Of a stretch of 64,000 nucleotides of DNA, positions 40,168-52,860 are shown in pieces. Within the stretch, counting starts at the first letter, position 1. Every line of letters starts with the position of its first letter. A program made the translations under genes and the position numbers. The notes beneath the pieces are model-generated. The model saw only the letters and a list, made by a program, of their open reading frames with translations. It was not told the origin of the DNA and did not search any database. Source of the stretch: Felis catus (lineage: Eukaryota); contig NC_058368.1 of NCBI RefSeq assembly GCF_018350175.1, positions 217,746,001-217,810,000 on the forward strand. Direction: 5' to 3'.

Positions 40168-40219
40168 AAAAATATTTCCATTAAAATATTTGATTTCCAT
40201 TAAAATATTTTCTTACACT

Positions 40220-41545
40220 GATCGCCTAAGAGTCAGGCTGTTAAGAAGCAACAGTCTCTCCTTTACCTGGTTGCCATCTTCTTGACAGCCACAAAGCAGC
40301 AGCCATGTGTGAGTGCATCTCTACCCATATTGGCCAGGCTGATGTCCAGACTGGCAATGCCTGCCAGGAGCTCTATTGCCTGGAACACGGCATCCAGTCC
40401 AGTGGTCAAATGCCAAGTGACAAGACCACTGGGGGAGGAGATGACTTCTTCAACACCTTCTTCAGTGAGACAGGTGCAACATACACTAACTTCAATAGGT
40501 TAATAGATTAAATTGTGTCCCCCATTACTGTTTCCTTCAGATTTCATGGAGCCTTAAATGTTGATATGACAGAATTCCAGACTAGCCTGGTGCCCTATCC
40601 TTGAATCCACTTCCCTCTAGCCTCATATGCTCCTGACGTCTCTGCTTACAAACCTACCATGAACAGCTTTCTGTAGCATAGATCACCTATGCATGCCTTG
40701 AGCCAGCCAACCAGATGGTGAAATGTGACTTTCGTCACAGTAAATACACGGCTTGCTATCTGTTGTACCATGGCAACATGGTGACCAAAGAATGACAGTG
40801 TTGCCATTGCCACCATTAAGACCAAAGATACCATCCAGTTTGTGGACTGGTGCTCCACAGACTTCAAAGTTGGCATTAATTACCAGCCTCCCACTGTGGT
40901 ACCTCGTACCTGGTACCTGGCAAGCTGTGTGTATGCTGAGCAACACCATAGCCATTGCTGAAGCCTGGGTTCACCCAGACCACAAGTTTGACCTAATATG
41001 TGCCAAGTGTGCCTGTTATGTGGTGAAGGTATGGACACAGGAAAGCATTCTGAGGCCCATGAGGATATGGCTGCTCTTAAGAAGGATTGAGGAGGTTGGT
41101 GTGGATTTTGTTGAAAGAGAAGGTGAAGAAGGAGAGGAATATTAAAATGTCACAAAAGTGCTGCTTTTTATTTTAGTTTTTTTAACGTGTATTTATTATT
41201 GAGAGACAGAAAGAGACAGAGCATGAGCAGGGGAGGGGCAGAGAGAGGGGAGACACAGAATCCGAGGAAGGCTCCAGACTCCAAGCTGTCAGCACAGAGC
41301 CCAGCATGGGGCTCAAACCCACAAACCGCAAGATCATGACCTGAGCTGAAATCAGACGCTTAACCGACTAAGCCACCCAGGTGCCCCCAAAGTGCTGCTT
41401 TTTATAGGGAAGCTTATTCTGTTTTAAACATTGAAAAGCTGTGCTCTGATTAGTTAATTTGTATGTAGCAGTGTATATTCTCACATACAATTACTGACCT
41501 ATACTTTAAAATATAACACTTTGTTATAGGATCAAGTTGTCCTTT
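40220..41545 (+). pseudogene. TUBA1A: Processed alpha-tubulin pseudogene, most likely from TUBA1A
   Basis: ATG at 40305, MCECIS...[33 protein letters not shown]-terminus EGEEGEEY* at 41145; no intron after the ATG; stops and frameshifts; 5' and 3'UTR-like flanks (aagtgctgctttt..gggaagcttattctgttttaaacattgaaaag) and T340-type 'TIQF' match my recall of TUBA1A. Confidence 0.93.
41171..41388 (-). mobile_element. Can-SINE inserted in the tubulin pseudogene 3'UTR
   Basis: TSD aaagtgctgcttttta. Confidence 0.96.
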
Positions 41546-44109
41546 ACACATGACTACTCTTTGGAGAGGTTAAGTATGATCCAGGATTGCCATTGTTATT
41601 GGTCAGAACATGAGTCAAATTTTGGAAAGCAGCTTTAGATGCCTCCGAGGAGAACACACTTTTGTTCAAATTGAGGGTAGTGGGTATACAAGAAGACTTT
41701 CAAGTAAGATACAGCAGCTATGGTAAAATGAAAAATGGGCCATAAGTTATTCCTTTCTTTATTAAATCTTTGCCCTTTGATATTACTCTTATATACTAAC
41801 TCTGAGTTTGCCCATGGCAAGCACCACAGACAAAGGAAAAGTGGACATAAAGCAAACAGGGCTTTGAAAGGCATTTGTCTTACTGCATTTGAAACCTTTC
41901 TACCATCATGTCATTAAGCCTGTGCAAGTCTTTTTCATCAATCTGATGCTTTGTTGGTAGATGGTTATGTTATTGACAGACAACTGAGTACCAACACACC
42001 AATGTACTTCATTCCAAAACACCAGAAAACATTCTTGGCCAAGTCCAGCCAAATTGACAAGCCACAAACTCATAAGTAAATAAATGACTGTTGTTATAAA
42101 CATTACATTTGGGACAAAAAGTTTGGGGTCAAACAACTGTTATGCATGAAAAGCTAACTTATAGAACACAAAATAATATATAAGTTGGACTAATGAAAGA
42201 ATTTACGTCTATTCTTATACACTGATTTAAATCAGAAAAATTATTGAAAATTTAGCTCCATGTTTAGAAATGAGATATAAAAACATTTTATATCTAAACC
42301 CTTTATTGCTGATTTATATGTTAGTAACTTGCAAATAGCATTTTTAGATTAATTTAAGTTAAACTCATTTCTGTGTGCTAAAATACACATCAAAATATTA
42401 TTTTCACCAACCTATTAAATTTAGTATATTACTTACACACAAATCTACCTGGTTCTTAATGATTCCAGCAAATAGCAAAACCACTTTGGTGATTAAATAT
42501 TGCAACTACCAATAATTTAATCTTGTATCTCATTCCACATAGACAAATTAATCCAAATACACACATTTTAAATGATAATTTCTGAAAAAGTTAAATAAAC
42601 CTATTTATACAAACTTGGAAGACAATTTAGTGCATGGCTTTAACATTAAAATTATGTTTGATTACATCTACAAGACCTGTATTTAATCATGAACTATTTT
42701 AGCATGATAATCTATAATAAATGACAAGAAGTAATTTATACATTAAAATCTTATAAAATAAAAAGAAAAAATACTAACAGTGGTTTTTAAAGTTCACAAA
42801 AATAATAATTGAATAGTTTTTCATATAGTTTACTTGTATTTTTTCATTGATATATCACTTAAAAAATAGTCTTCACTGACAATTGAGCTCAAAATTAAAA
42901 ATACTTCATAAAACTGGCATAAAGATGTAGGAAAATATATTTTCTTTTCATTTTTCATGAAGACTCAGATTAAATTTTAAATTTCGGATGCACTAGTATA
43001 TTTTTATTTGAAATCTGCCTTTTAATTTCTTCTTACTTTTCTCCCTTCTTTATTCTGCTCTTGTTAGCTATCTTGCCATTCTTTTCCTTTCTCTACGTCT
43101 CTGTCTCTCTCTGTCAGTCTCTCTCAGCCTCTATCAATTTAAGCTAATAGTTTTTTTTCCTTTAGCTCCAGTGATTGACAAGTAAATTATTTCTTAGAAT
43201 TGCTGCTATTATGTATCCTTAATAATAAAGAAAGTAAATCACTATGATCACCATTTTTCCAATTAACAATGTATGTTTTGGGGGCCAAGGGAATCCTTAT
43301 AGATGAGACACCTCCATTGCTCAGAGTAAACAAGGCTCTATTGGGGTGACAAGACAAGTCTTCAGTCCTGAAGGCTTATCTGTAACTTAGAGTATGAGAG
43401 AAGAATGCATGCTTGTAATGAAGAAGGAATAAAAATAAGAAGGAATACAAGGAGATTAGCCAGACTCTAAACCTGAAGATTAAACTGTCTCTTGATTTGT
43501 AAGAGTTGAAGTTATAATCTAAGGTAAGAGTAAACTGTTGACACACAACATGTTCTTCCAGGACCTTTATCACTTTCCTCAATCATTTATATTTCACTGG
43601 CATTTAGTTGGTCTAATTTAATCTTCTTTATTTCTAGTTAAGTCTTGTAATTTTAAAAATGAAAGTAAAAATTACATGCTTACAGATATGATTTCTATTC
43701 CCATTTCTTCCAAATATTTGATCTATGAATGCTGGAATTTTATCTGGTAGTAAAAAAGATATAATTTCACTGTATCACCTTCAAACTTTGAAGTTTACAT
43801 GGATAATTTAAATAATCATTTAATTATAGGAAAATGAAAAATTTATACCTTGCAGTGACTATAAATTCTTAGAAATTACAAATCTTATTTATTAAAACTT
43901 ATGCATAATAATTTAATGTAAAGAGGCCCCTGGTTATATAATACTTGGAGTTCACATCTTTTAACTCCATAGTTTTAAAGATTTTTATTATAACTAAAAT
44001 AAAATGTATAGCTAAAATAACCATAGTACTAACATAACTATATTGAACTATACAGTTAAAGTAAAAAAAAGTACAATTAGACCAGTTACATTTTCTTATA
44101 TTTTAACAT

Positions 44110-44784
44110 ATTAAAAATCACAAAGAAATTGAAATTAGGATCTCAAAGAGATACCTACATTCCCATGTTCATTTCAGCTATATTCACAATATCCAAGATA
44201 TGGAAGCAATCTAAATCTACCTTGATGAACACATAAATAATTTGTGGTATATAAACACAATGCGATATTACTTAGCCTTAAAAAAGAAGGAAATATTGTC
44301 ATTTGCAACAATATGAATAAGCCCAGAGGATATTATGTCCAGTGAAATAAGCCAGACACAGAATGACAAATACCAAATGTTCTCACTTACATGTGTAATC
44401 TAATATAGTCAGACTCATAGAAGCAGAGGGTAGAAAGGTGGTTGCCAAATAGGGGGAAATGGGGGAGGTGAGGATCAAAGAATACAAAGTTATACTTATG
44501 CAAAATAAATAATTCTGTATATCTTCTATATAGTGATTATAGTTAGCAATAATTATTGTACACTTAACATTTGCTAAAAAGGTAGATATTATGGTGTTAT
44601 AATTAAATATAATAATAATATCAAGGGGCAGGATGAAACTTTAGGAGATGATTCATAGGTCTATAACGTTGATGGTTTCATGCATGTATATTTATCCTCA
44701 AACTCATCTAATTGCATACATTAAATACATACAGCTTCTTACATGTTAAGTATAACTCAATAAAGTGATTTAAAAATTGAATTA
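44110..44784 (+). mobile_element. Old L1MA/MB-type 3' end
   Basis: ggatctcaaagagatacctacattcccatgttc...agtgaaataagccagacacaga...ctcaataaagtg. Confidence 0.85.
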
Positions 44785-45702
44785 GTGGAAGATGGCAGCA
44801 TAGGAGGACGCTGGGCTTACCGCGTCCTGTTGATCACTTAGATTCCACCTACACCTGCCTAGATAACCCAGGAAACCACCAGAAGACTAGCAGAATGGAT
44901 TCTCCGGAGCCAAGCCTAGACTAGAGGTCCATGGAAGAGGGTAGGAAGGGTGGAGAGGCGGTGCACGCTACACGGACTGGTGGGAGGGAGCCAGGGTGGA
45001 GGGGCGGCCTGCAGGCAAAGTAGAGGCCCGGAGTCTGGCTTGCAAAAGCGGAAGGGCCAGATGGAGTGTGTTAGAACAGCAAGCGGGACTTAACATCTGG
45101 AAGGTTATAAGTTAACAACTCTGCTCTGAGAGTGGGAGGGCTGGAGGACAATAGAAGGGAGAGTTGTTGAGCCCTGGACAATAGAGTGCAGCTTGGCGGG
45201 AAACAAAAGCACTTGCCAACACCATCTCCCTCACCCATCCCCCAGCCAAAATCCCAAAGGGAACTAGTTACTGTCAGGGAACTTGCTTGCACTGCGCAAA
45301 CACCCAACACTGTGCTTCTGCGGATCCATCCCTCCAGGGGCGGGTTTAACCCCCTCCCGGTGCCGCAGGGCCCCTCCCGAAGCGGTTCACCTCAGGATAA
45401 GTGAGCTGAGCCTGCCCCTCCCACCCCTGTGCACCTTGCTGATCCACCCCAGCTAACATGCCAGATCCCCAGCACCACAAGCCTGGCAGTGTGCAAGTAG
45501 CCCAGACGGGCCATGCCACCCCACAGCGAATCCCACCCCTAGGAGAGGGAAAGAGAAGGCACACACCAGTCTGACCGTGGCCCCAGCAGTGGGCAGGGGG
45601 CAGACATCAGGTCTCACTGCGGCCACGCCCACCAACGCAAGTTATTCAAGACAGCACAGGGGAAGTGCCCTGCAGTCCGCACCACTCCAGGGACTATCCA
45701 AA
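44785..45702 (+). promoter_or_regulatory. L1 5'UTR with internal promoter
   Basis: GC/CpG-richest segment of the window, upstream of ORF1; promoter function inferred from established L1 biology. Confidence 0.7.
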
Positions 45703-46591
45703 ATGATGAAACGGAAGAATTCCCCTCAGAAAAACCTCCAGGAAATAACGACAGCTAACGAACTGATCAAAAATGATTTAAACAATGTAACAGGAAGTGA
45801 ATTTAGAATAATAGTCATAAAATTAATCGTTGGGCTTGAAAACAGTATAAAGGACAGCAGAGAATCTATTGCTACAGAGACTAAGGGACTAAACAGCCAG
45901 GAGGAGCTAAAAAATACTATTAATGAGTTGCAAAATAATGGAGACGACCACAGCTCGGATTGAAGAGGCAGAGGAGAGAATAGGTGAACTAGAAGATAAA
46001 ATTATGGAAAAAGAAGAAGCTGAGAAAAAGAGAGATAAAAAATCCAGGAGTATGAGGGGAAAATTAGAGAACTAAGTGATGCACTAAAGAGAAATAATAT
46101 ATGCATAATTGGTATTGCAGAAGAGGAAGAGAGAGGGAAAGGTGCTGAAGGTGTGCTTGGAGAAATAATAGCTGAGAACTTCCCTGATCTGGGGAAGGAA
46201 AAAGACATTGAAATCCAAGAGGCACAGAGAACTCCCTTCAGACGTAACTTGAATCGATCTTCTGCACGACATATCATAGTGAAACTGGCAAAATACAAGG
46301 ATAAAGAAAAAATTCGATAAGCTGCTAGGGATAAACATATGCTCTAACATATAAAGGGAGACTGATAAGACTCGCGAGGGATCTCTCTACTGAAACTTGT
46401 CAGGCCAGAAAGGAATGGCAGGAAATCCTCAATGTGATGAACAGAAAAAAATGCAGCCGAGAATCCTCTATCCAGCAAGTTGGTCATTTAGAATAGAAGG
46501 AGAGATAAAGGTCTTCCCAAACAAACAAAAACTGAAGGAATTCATCACCACTAAACCAGCCCTACAAGAGATCCTAAGGGGGATCCTGTGA
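45703..46591 (+). pseudogene. L1 ORF1p, frameshifted
   Basis: MMKRKNSPQKNLQE...EFRIIVIKLI...; MQPRILYPA..SFRIEGEIKVFPNKQKLKEFITTKPALQEILRGIL*. Confidence 0.93.
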
Positions 46592-46641
46592 GACAAAGTA
46601 CAAGAGACATCGCTACAAGCATGAAACCTACAGACATCACA

Positions 46642-49600
46642 ATGACTCTAAACCCATATCTTTCTATAATAACACTGAATGTAAATGGACTGAATGTGCC
46701 AACCAAAAGACACAGGGTATCAGAATGGATAAAAAAACAAGACCCATCTATTTGCTGTCTACAAGAGACTCATTTTATTTATTTATTTTTTTAAATTTTT
46801 TTTTCCAACGTTTATTTATTTTTGGGACAGAGAGAGACAGAGCATGAACGAGGGAGGGGCAGAGAGAGAGGGAGACACAGAATCGGAAACAGGCTCCAGG
46901 CTCTGAGCCATCAGCCCAGAGCCTGACGCGGGGCTCGAACTCACGGACCGCGAGATCGTGACCTGGCTGAAGTCGGACGCTTAACCGACTGCGCCACCCA
47001 GGCGCCCCATACAAGAGACTCATTTTAGACCTGAGGATACTTTCAGATTGAAAATGAGGGGATGGAGAACTATTTATCATGCTATTGGAAGACAAAAGAA
47101 AGATGGAGAAGCCATACTCACATCAGACAAACTAGACTGTAAATTAAAGGCTGTAACAAGAGATGAAGAAGGGCATTGTATAATAATTACAGGGTCTATT
47201 CATCAAGAAGAACTGACAATTATAAATGTCTGTGTGCTGAATACCGGAGCCCCCAAATATATAAAATAATTACTGACAAACATAAGCAAACTTATTGACA
47301 AGAATGTGGTATTTGCAGGGGACTTTAACACTCCACTTACAGAAATGGATAGATCATTTAGATACATGGTCAATAAAGAAACAAAGGCCCTGAATGATAC
47401 ATTGGATCAGATGGACTTGACAGATATATTTAGAACTCTGCATCCCAAAGCAACAGAATATACTTTCTTCTCGAGTGCACATAGAACATTCTCCAAGATA
47501 GATCACATACTGGGTCACAAAACAGCCCTTCATAAGTATACAAGAATTGAAATCATACCATGCATACTTTCAGACCACAATGCTAGGAAGCTTGAAATTG
47601 ACCACAGGAAAAAGTCTGGAAAACCTCCAAAAGCAAGGAGGTTAAAGAACACCCTACTAAAGAATGAATGGATCAACCAGGCAATTAGAGAAGAAATTTA
47701 AAAACATATGGAAACAAATGAAAATGAAAATACAACAATCCAAACACTTTAGGATGCAGCGAAGGCAGTCCTGAGAGGAAAATACATTGCAATCCAGGTC
47801 TATCTCAAGAAACAAGAAACATCCCAAATACAAAATCTAACAGCACACCTAAAGGAAATAGAAGCAGAACAGCAAAGACACCCTAAACCCAGCAGAAGAA
47901 GACAAATAATAAAGATCAGAGGAGAAATAAACAATATAGAATCTAAAAAAACTGTAGAGCAGATCAATGAAACCAAGAGGTGGTTTTTTGAAAAAATAAA
48001 CAAAATTGGCAAACCTCTAGCCAGGCTTCTCAAAAAGAAAAGGGAGATGACCCAAATAGATAAAATCATGAATGGAAATGGAATTATTACAACCAATCCC
48101 TCAGATATACAAGCAATTATCAGGGAATACTATGAAAAACTATATGCCAACAAACTGGACAACCTGGAAGAAACGGAAAAAATTCTAAACACCCACACGC
48201 TTCCAAAACTCAAACTGGAAGAAATAGAAAGCTTGAATGGACCCATAGCCAGCAAAGAAATTGAATCAGTTATCAAAAATCTCCCAACAAATAAGAGTCT
48301 AAGACCAGATGGCTTCCCTGGGAATTCTAGCAGACATTTAAAGCAGAGATAATACCTATCCTCCTCAAACTATTCCAAAAAATAGAAAGGGAAGGAAAAC
48401 TTCCAGACTCATTCTATGAAGCCAGTATTACTTTGATTCCTAAACCAGACAGAGACCCAGTAAAAAAAAGAGAACTACAGGCCAATATCCCTGATGAATA
48501 TGGATGCAAAAATTCTCAATAAGATACTAGCAAATCGAATTCAACAGCATATAAAAAGAATTATTCACCATGATCAAGTGGGATTCATTCTTGGGATGCA
48601 GGGCTGGTTCAACATTCACAAATCAATGTGATACCTCACATTAATAAAAGAAAAGATAAGAACCATATGATCCTGTAAATCAATGCAGAAAAAGCATTGG
48701 ACAAAATTCAGCACCCTTTCTTAATAAAAACTCTTGAGAAAGTCAGGATAGAAGGAACATACTTAAAGATCATAAAAGCCATTTATGAAAAGCCCACAGC
48801 TAACATCATCCTCAATGGGGAAAAGCTAAGAGCTTTTCCCCTGAGATCAGGAACACAACAGGGATGTCCATTCTCACCGCTGTTGTTTAACATAGTGTTG
48901 GAAGTTCTAGCATCAGCAATCAGACAACAAAAGGAAATCAAAGGCATCAAAATTGGCAAAGATGAAGTCAAGCTTTCACTTTTTGCAGATGACATGATAT
49001 TATACATGGAAAATCTGATGACTCCACCAAAAGTCTGCTAGAACTGATACAGGAATTCAGCAAAGTTGCAGGATACAAAATCAAGGTACAGAAATCAGTT
49101 TCATTCTTACACACTAATAATGAAGCAACAGAAAGACAAATAAAGAAACTGATCCCATTCACAATTGCACCAAGAAGCATAAAATATCTAGGAATAATCT
49201 AACCAAAGATGTAAAAGATCTGTATGCTGAAAACTATAGAAAGCTTATGAAGGAAACTGAAGAAGATACAAGGAAATGGAAAAACATTCCATGCTCATGG
49301 GTTGGAAGAATAAATATTGTCAAAATGTCAATACTACCCAAAGCTATCTACACATTCAATGCAATCCCAATCAAAATTGCACCAGCATTCTTCTCGAAGC
49401 TAGAACAAGCAATCCTAAAATTCATATGGAACCACAAAAGGCCCCGAATAGCCAAAGTAATTTTGAAGAAGAAGACCAAAGCAGGAGGCATCACAGTCCC
49501 AGACTTTAGCCTCTACTACAAAGTTGTAATCATCAAGACAGCATGGTATTGACACAAAAACAGACAATAGACCAATGGAATAGAACAGAAATCCCAGAAC

Positions 49601-50705
49601 TAGACCCATAAAAGTATGGCCAACTAATCTCTGACAAAGCAGGAAATACTATCCAATGGAAAAAAGACAGTCTCTTTAACAAATGGTGCTGGGAGAACTG
49701 GACAGCAACAGGCAGAAGAATTAAACCGGTCCACTTTCTTACACCATTCACAAAGATAAACTCAAAATGGATAAAGGACCTGAATATGAGACAGGAAACC
49801 ATCAAAACCCTAGAGGAGAAAGCAGGAAATGACCTCTCTGACCTCAGCCGCAGCAATTTCTTACTTGACACATGCCCAAAGGCAAGGGAATTCAAAGCAA
49901 AAATGAACTATTGGGACCTCATGAAGATAAAAAGCTGCACAGCAAAGGAAACAATCAACAAAACTAAAAGGCAACCAACGGAATGGGAAAACATATTTGC
50001 AAATGACATATCAGACAAAGGGCTAGTATCCAAAATCTATAAAGAGCTCACCAAACTCCACACCCGAAAAACAAATAACCCAGTGAAGAAATGGCAGAAG
50101 ACATGAATAGACACTTCTCTAAAGAAGACATTCAGATGGCCAACAGGCACATGAAAAGATGTTCAACATTGCTCCTCATCAAGGAAATACAAATCAAAAC
50201 CACATTCAGATATCACCTCATGCCAGTCAGAGTGGCCAAAATGAACAAATCAGGAGACTATAGATGCTGGAGAGGATGTGGAGAAACGGTAACCCTCTTG
50301 CACTATTGGTGGGAATGCAAACTGGTGCATCCACTCTGGAAAGCAGTGTGGAGGTTCTTCAGAAAATTAAAAATAGACCTACCCTATGACCCAGCAATAG
50401 CACTGCTAGGAATTTATCCAAGGGATACAGGAGTACTGATGCATACAGGCACTTGTACCCCAATGTTTATAGCAGCACTCTCAACAATAGCCAAATTGTG
50501 GAAAGAGCCTAAATGTCCATCAACTGATCAATGGATAAAGAAACGGTGCTTTATATACACAATGGAGTACTACGTGGCAATGAGAAAGAATGAAATATGG
50601 CCCTTTGTAGCAACGGGGATGGAACTGGAGAGTGTGATGCTAAGTGAAATAAGCCATACAGAGAAAGACAGGTACCGTATGTTTTCACTCTTATGTGGAT
50701 CCTGA
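46642..50705 (+). pseudogene. L1 ORF2p (endonuclease, RT, C-terminal domain), disrupted
   Basis: [55 protein letters not shown]; split by stops, frameshifts and a SINE. Confidence 0.96.
46778..47008 (-). mobile_element. Young felid Can-SINE inserted in the L1 endonuclease domain
   Basis: Perfect 18-bp TSD tacaagagactcatttta at 46760 and 47010. Confidence 0.98.
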
Positions 50706-51139
50706 GAAACTTAACAGAAACCCATGGGGGATGGGAAGGAAAAAAAAAAGAGGTTAGAGTGGGAGAGAGCCAAAGCATAAGAGACTGTTAAAAACTGAGA
50801 ACAAACTGAGGGTTGATGGGGAGTGGGAGGTAGAGGAGGGTAGGTGATGGATATTGAAGAGGGAATCTTTTGGGATGAGCACTGGGTGTTGTATGGAAAC
50901 CAATTTGACAATAAATTTCATATATTAAGAAAAATAAAGAAACTTAAAAAATAAAAAAATAATTAAAAAAATAAAAAATAATAAAAATGAATTACTGTGG
51001 TTGTTTTCACACTATCTACCTATTGATGAATTTTAACATGTTTAGATCATCTCTCTCTCACACACACTCACCACCCACATACAAATAGTTTTACACTAGC
51101 TAGAAAATAATTTTAGATTAGGCATCTACTTCATGTATT

Positions 51140-51940
51140 TATTTATTTATTTTGTTTGTTTATATTAAATATAATTTATTGTCAAGTTGGTTTCCATACA
51201 AAACCCAGTGTTCATCCCAACAGGTACCCTCCTCAATGACCATCACCCACTTTCCCCTCTCCCCCACCTCCCATCAACCCTCAGTTTTTTCTCAGTATTT
51301 AAGAGTCTCTTGTGGTTTGCCTCCTTCCCTCTCTGTAACTTTTTTCCCCCTTCTCCTCCCCCATAGACTTCTGTAAAGTTTTTCAGGATCCACATATGAG
51401 TGAAGACATATGATATCTGTCTTTCTCTGCCTGTCTTATTTCACTTAGCATAACACTCTCTAGTTCCATCCACATTGCTACAAAAAGCCATATTTCATTC
51501 TTTCTCATTGCCAAGTAGTATTCCATTGTGTATATAAACCACAATTTCTTTATCCATTGATCAGTTGATGGGCAGTTAGGCTCTTTCCACAGTTTGGCTA
51601 TTGTTGAGAGTGCTGCTATAAACATTGGGGTACAAGTGATCCTATATATTAGCACTCCTATATCCCTTGGGTAAATTCCTAGCAGTACTACTGCTGTGTC
51701 ATAGGGTAGGTCTATTTTTGATATTGGGGGGAACCTCCACACTGTTTTCCACAGTGGATGCACCAGTTTGCATTCCCACCAATAGTGCAAGAGGGTTCCC
51801 GTTTCTCCACATCCTCTCCAGCATCTATAGTCTCTTTATTTGTTCATTTTAGCATTCTGACGTTGAGCATCTTTTCATGTGCCTGTTGGCCATCTGGATG
51901 TCTTCTTTAGAAAAGTGTCTATTCATGTCTTCTGCCCATC
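51140..51940 (-). mobile_element. 5'-truncated felid LINE-1 3' end
   Basis: ORF 51383-51790 is the ORF2 C-terminus; 3'UTR of the same type as 50700-50930. Confidence 0.95.
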
Positions 51941-52371
51941 ATTTAAAAATGTCAAGAGACTTTGCATGGACTCAGAAAGATAGCAAGAAAAAAAAAGAAA
52001 ATATATGTATGGATATACTTTTTGTTATAAGAATAATAAAAGAAAATAAACCTAAAATATGTCATTGGAAAATTCAGTAGAATGAAAAATTTTAACATAA
52101 ACTTACAAAGAAAATTTATAGGATATATTTATTGCAGAAATTCAAAGACTGTTAAAAAGGATCTGCTTTGCAAATTAAATGTTTTCTAAAAAACAAAACA
52201 AAAACTAGTGAACCATGAGAAAAATAAACCCATGAAAATAAAATATAAAATGCTATAAAAATAACACTGACTAGACACAATTAATAACAAAATTCCCATC
52301 TTGGAAAAAATAGGTAAGTAGAGTTTAACCTATGAACCAAATGAGAATTATACTTTTAAAATGCAGAGAAA

Positions 52372-52543
52372 GAGCACCTGGGTGGCTCTGTGGGCTAAGC
52401 CTCCGACTGTTGGTATAGGCTCTAGACATGATCTCACGGTTTATGACTTCAAGGCCCGCATAGGTTTTTAAGTGGACAGTGCAGAGGCTTCTTGGGATTC
52501 TCTATCTCTCTCTCTCTCTGCCCCCCTCTCTGCCCCCCTGTCT

Positions 52544-52586
<43 letters not shown>

Positions 52587-52622
52587 AATAAATAAATAAA
52601 AACTGAGAAACAATATTTTAAA
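52372..52622 (+). mobile_element. Can-SINE
   Basis: gagcacctgggtggctc...(CT)n, A-rich tail. Confidence 0.9.
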
Positions 52623-52652
52623 AAAAATGCAGAGAAAAGGGGAGCTCCAGTT

Positions 52653-52860
52653 TGGGGATGCCTGGGTGGCTCAGTTGGTTAAGCATTTGACTTTGGCTCA
52701 GGTCATAATCTCATGGTTCATGAGGTCGAGCCCCACTCCAGGCTCTCTGCTGTCAGCAGGGAGCCTGCTTCAGATCCTCTGTCCCCTCTCTCTTTGCCCC
52801 CCTCTCCTGCTGGTTCTCTCTCTCTCTCAAAAGAAATAAATAATCTTAAAAAATAATTTC
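52653..52860 (+). mobile_element. Can-SINE
   Basis: ggggatgcctgggtggctcagttggttaagc... Confidence 0.93.

Larger units (their letters stand above)
44785..50981 (+). mobile_element. Full-length felid LINE-1 (5'UTR, ORF1, ORF2, 3'UTR, poly-A), inactivated
   Basis: Starts gtggaagatggcagcatagg; GC-rich 5'UTR; ORF1 and ORF2 fragments; A-rich tail; TSD-like taaaaa(t)tgaatta at 44771 and 50982. Confidence 0.98.

Noticed and set aside
40305..41145. Functional tubulin retrogene
   Set aside because: Stops at about 40509 and 40602, several frameshifts and a large internal deletion
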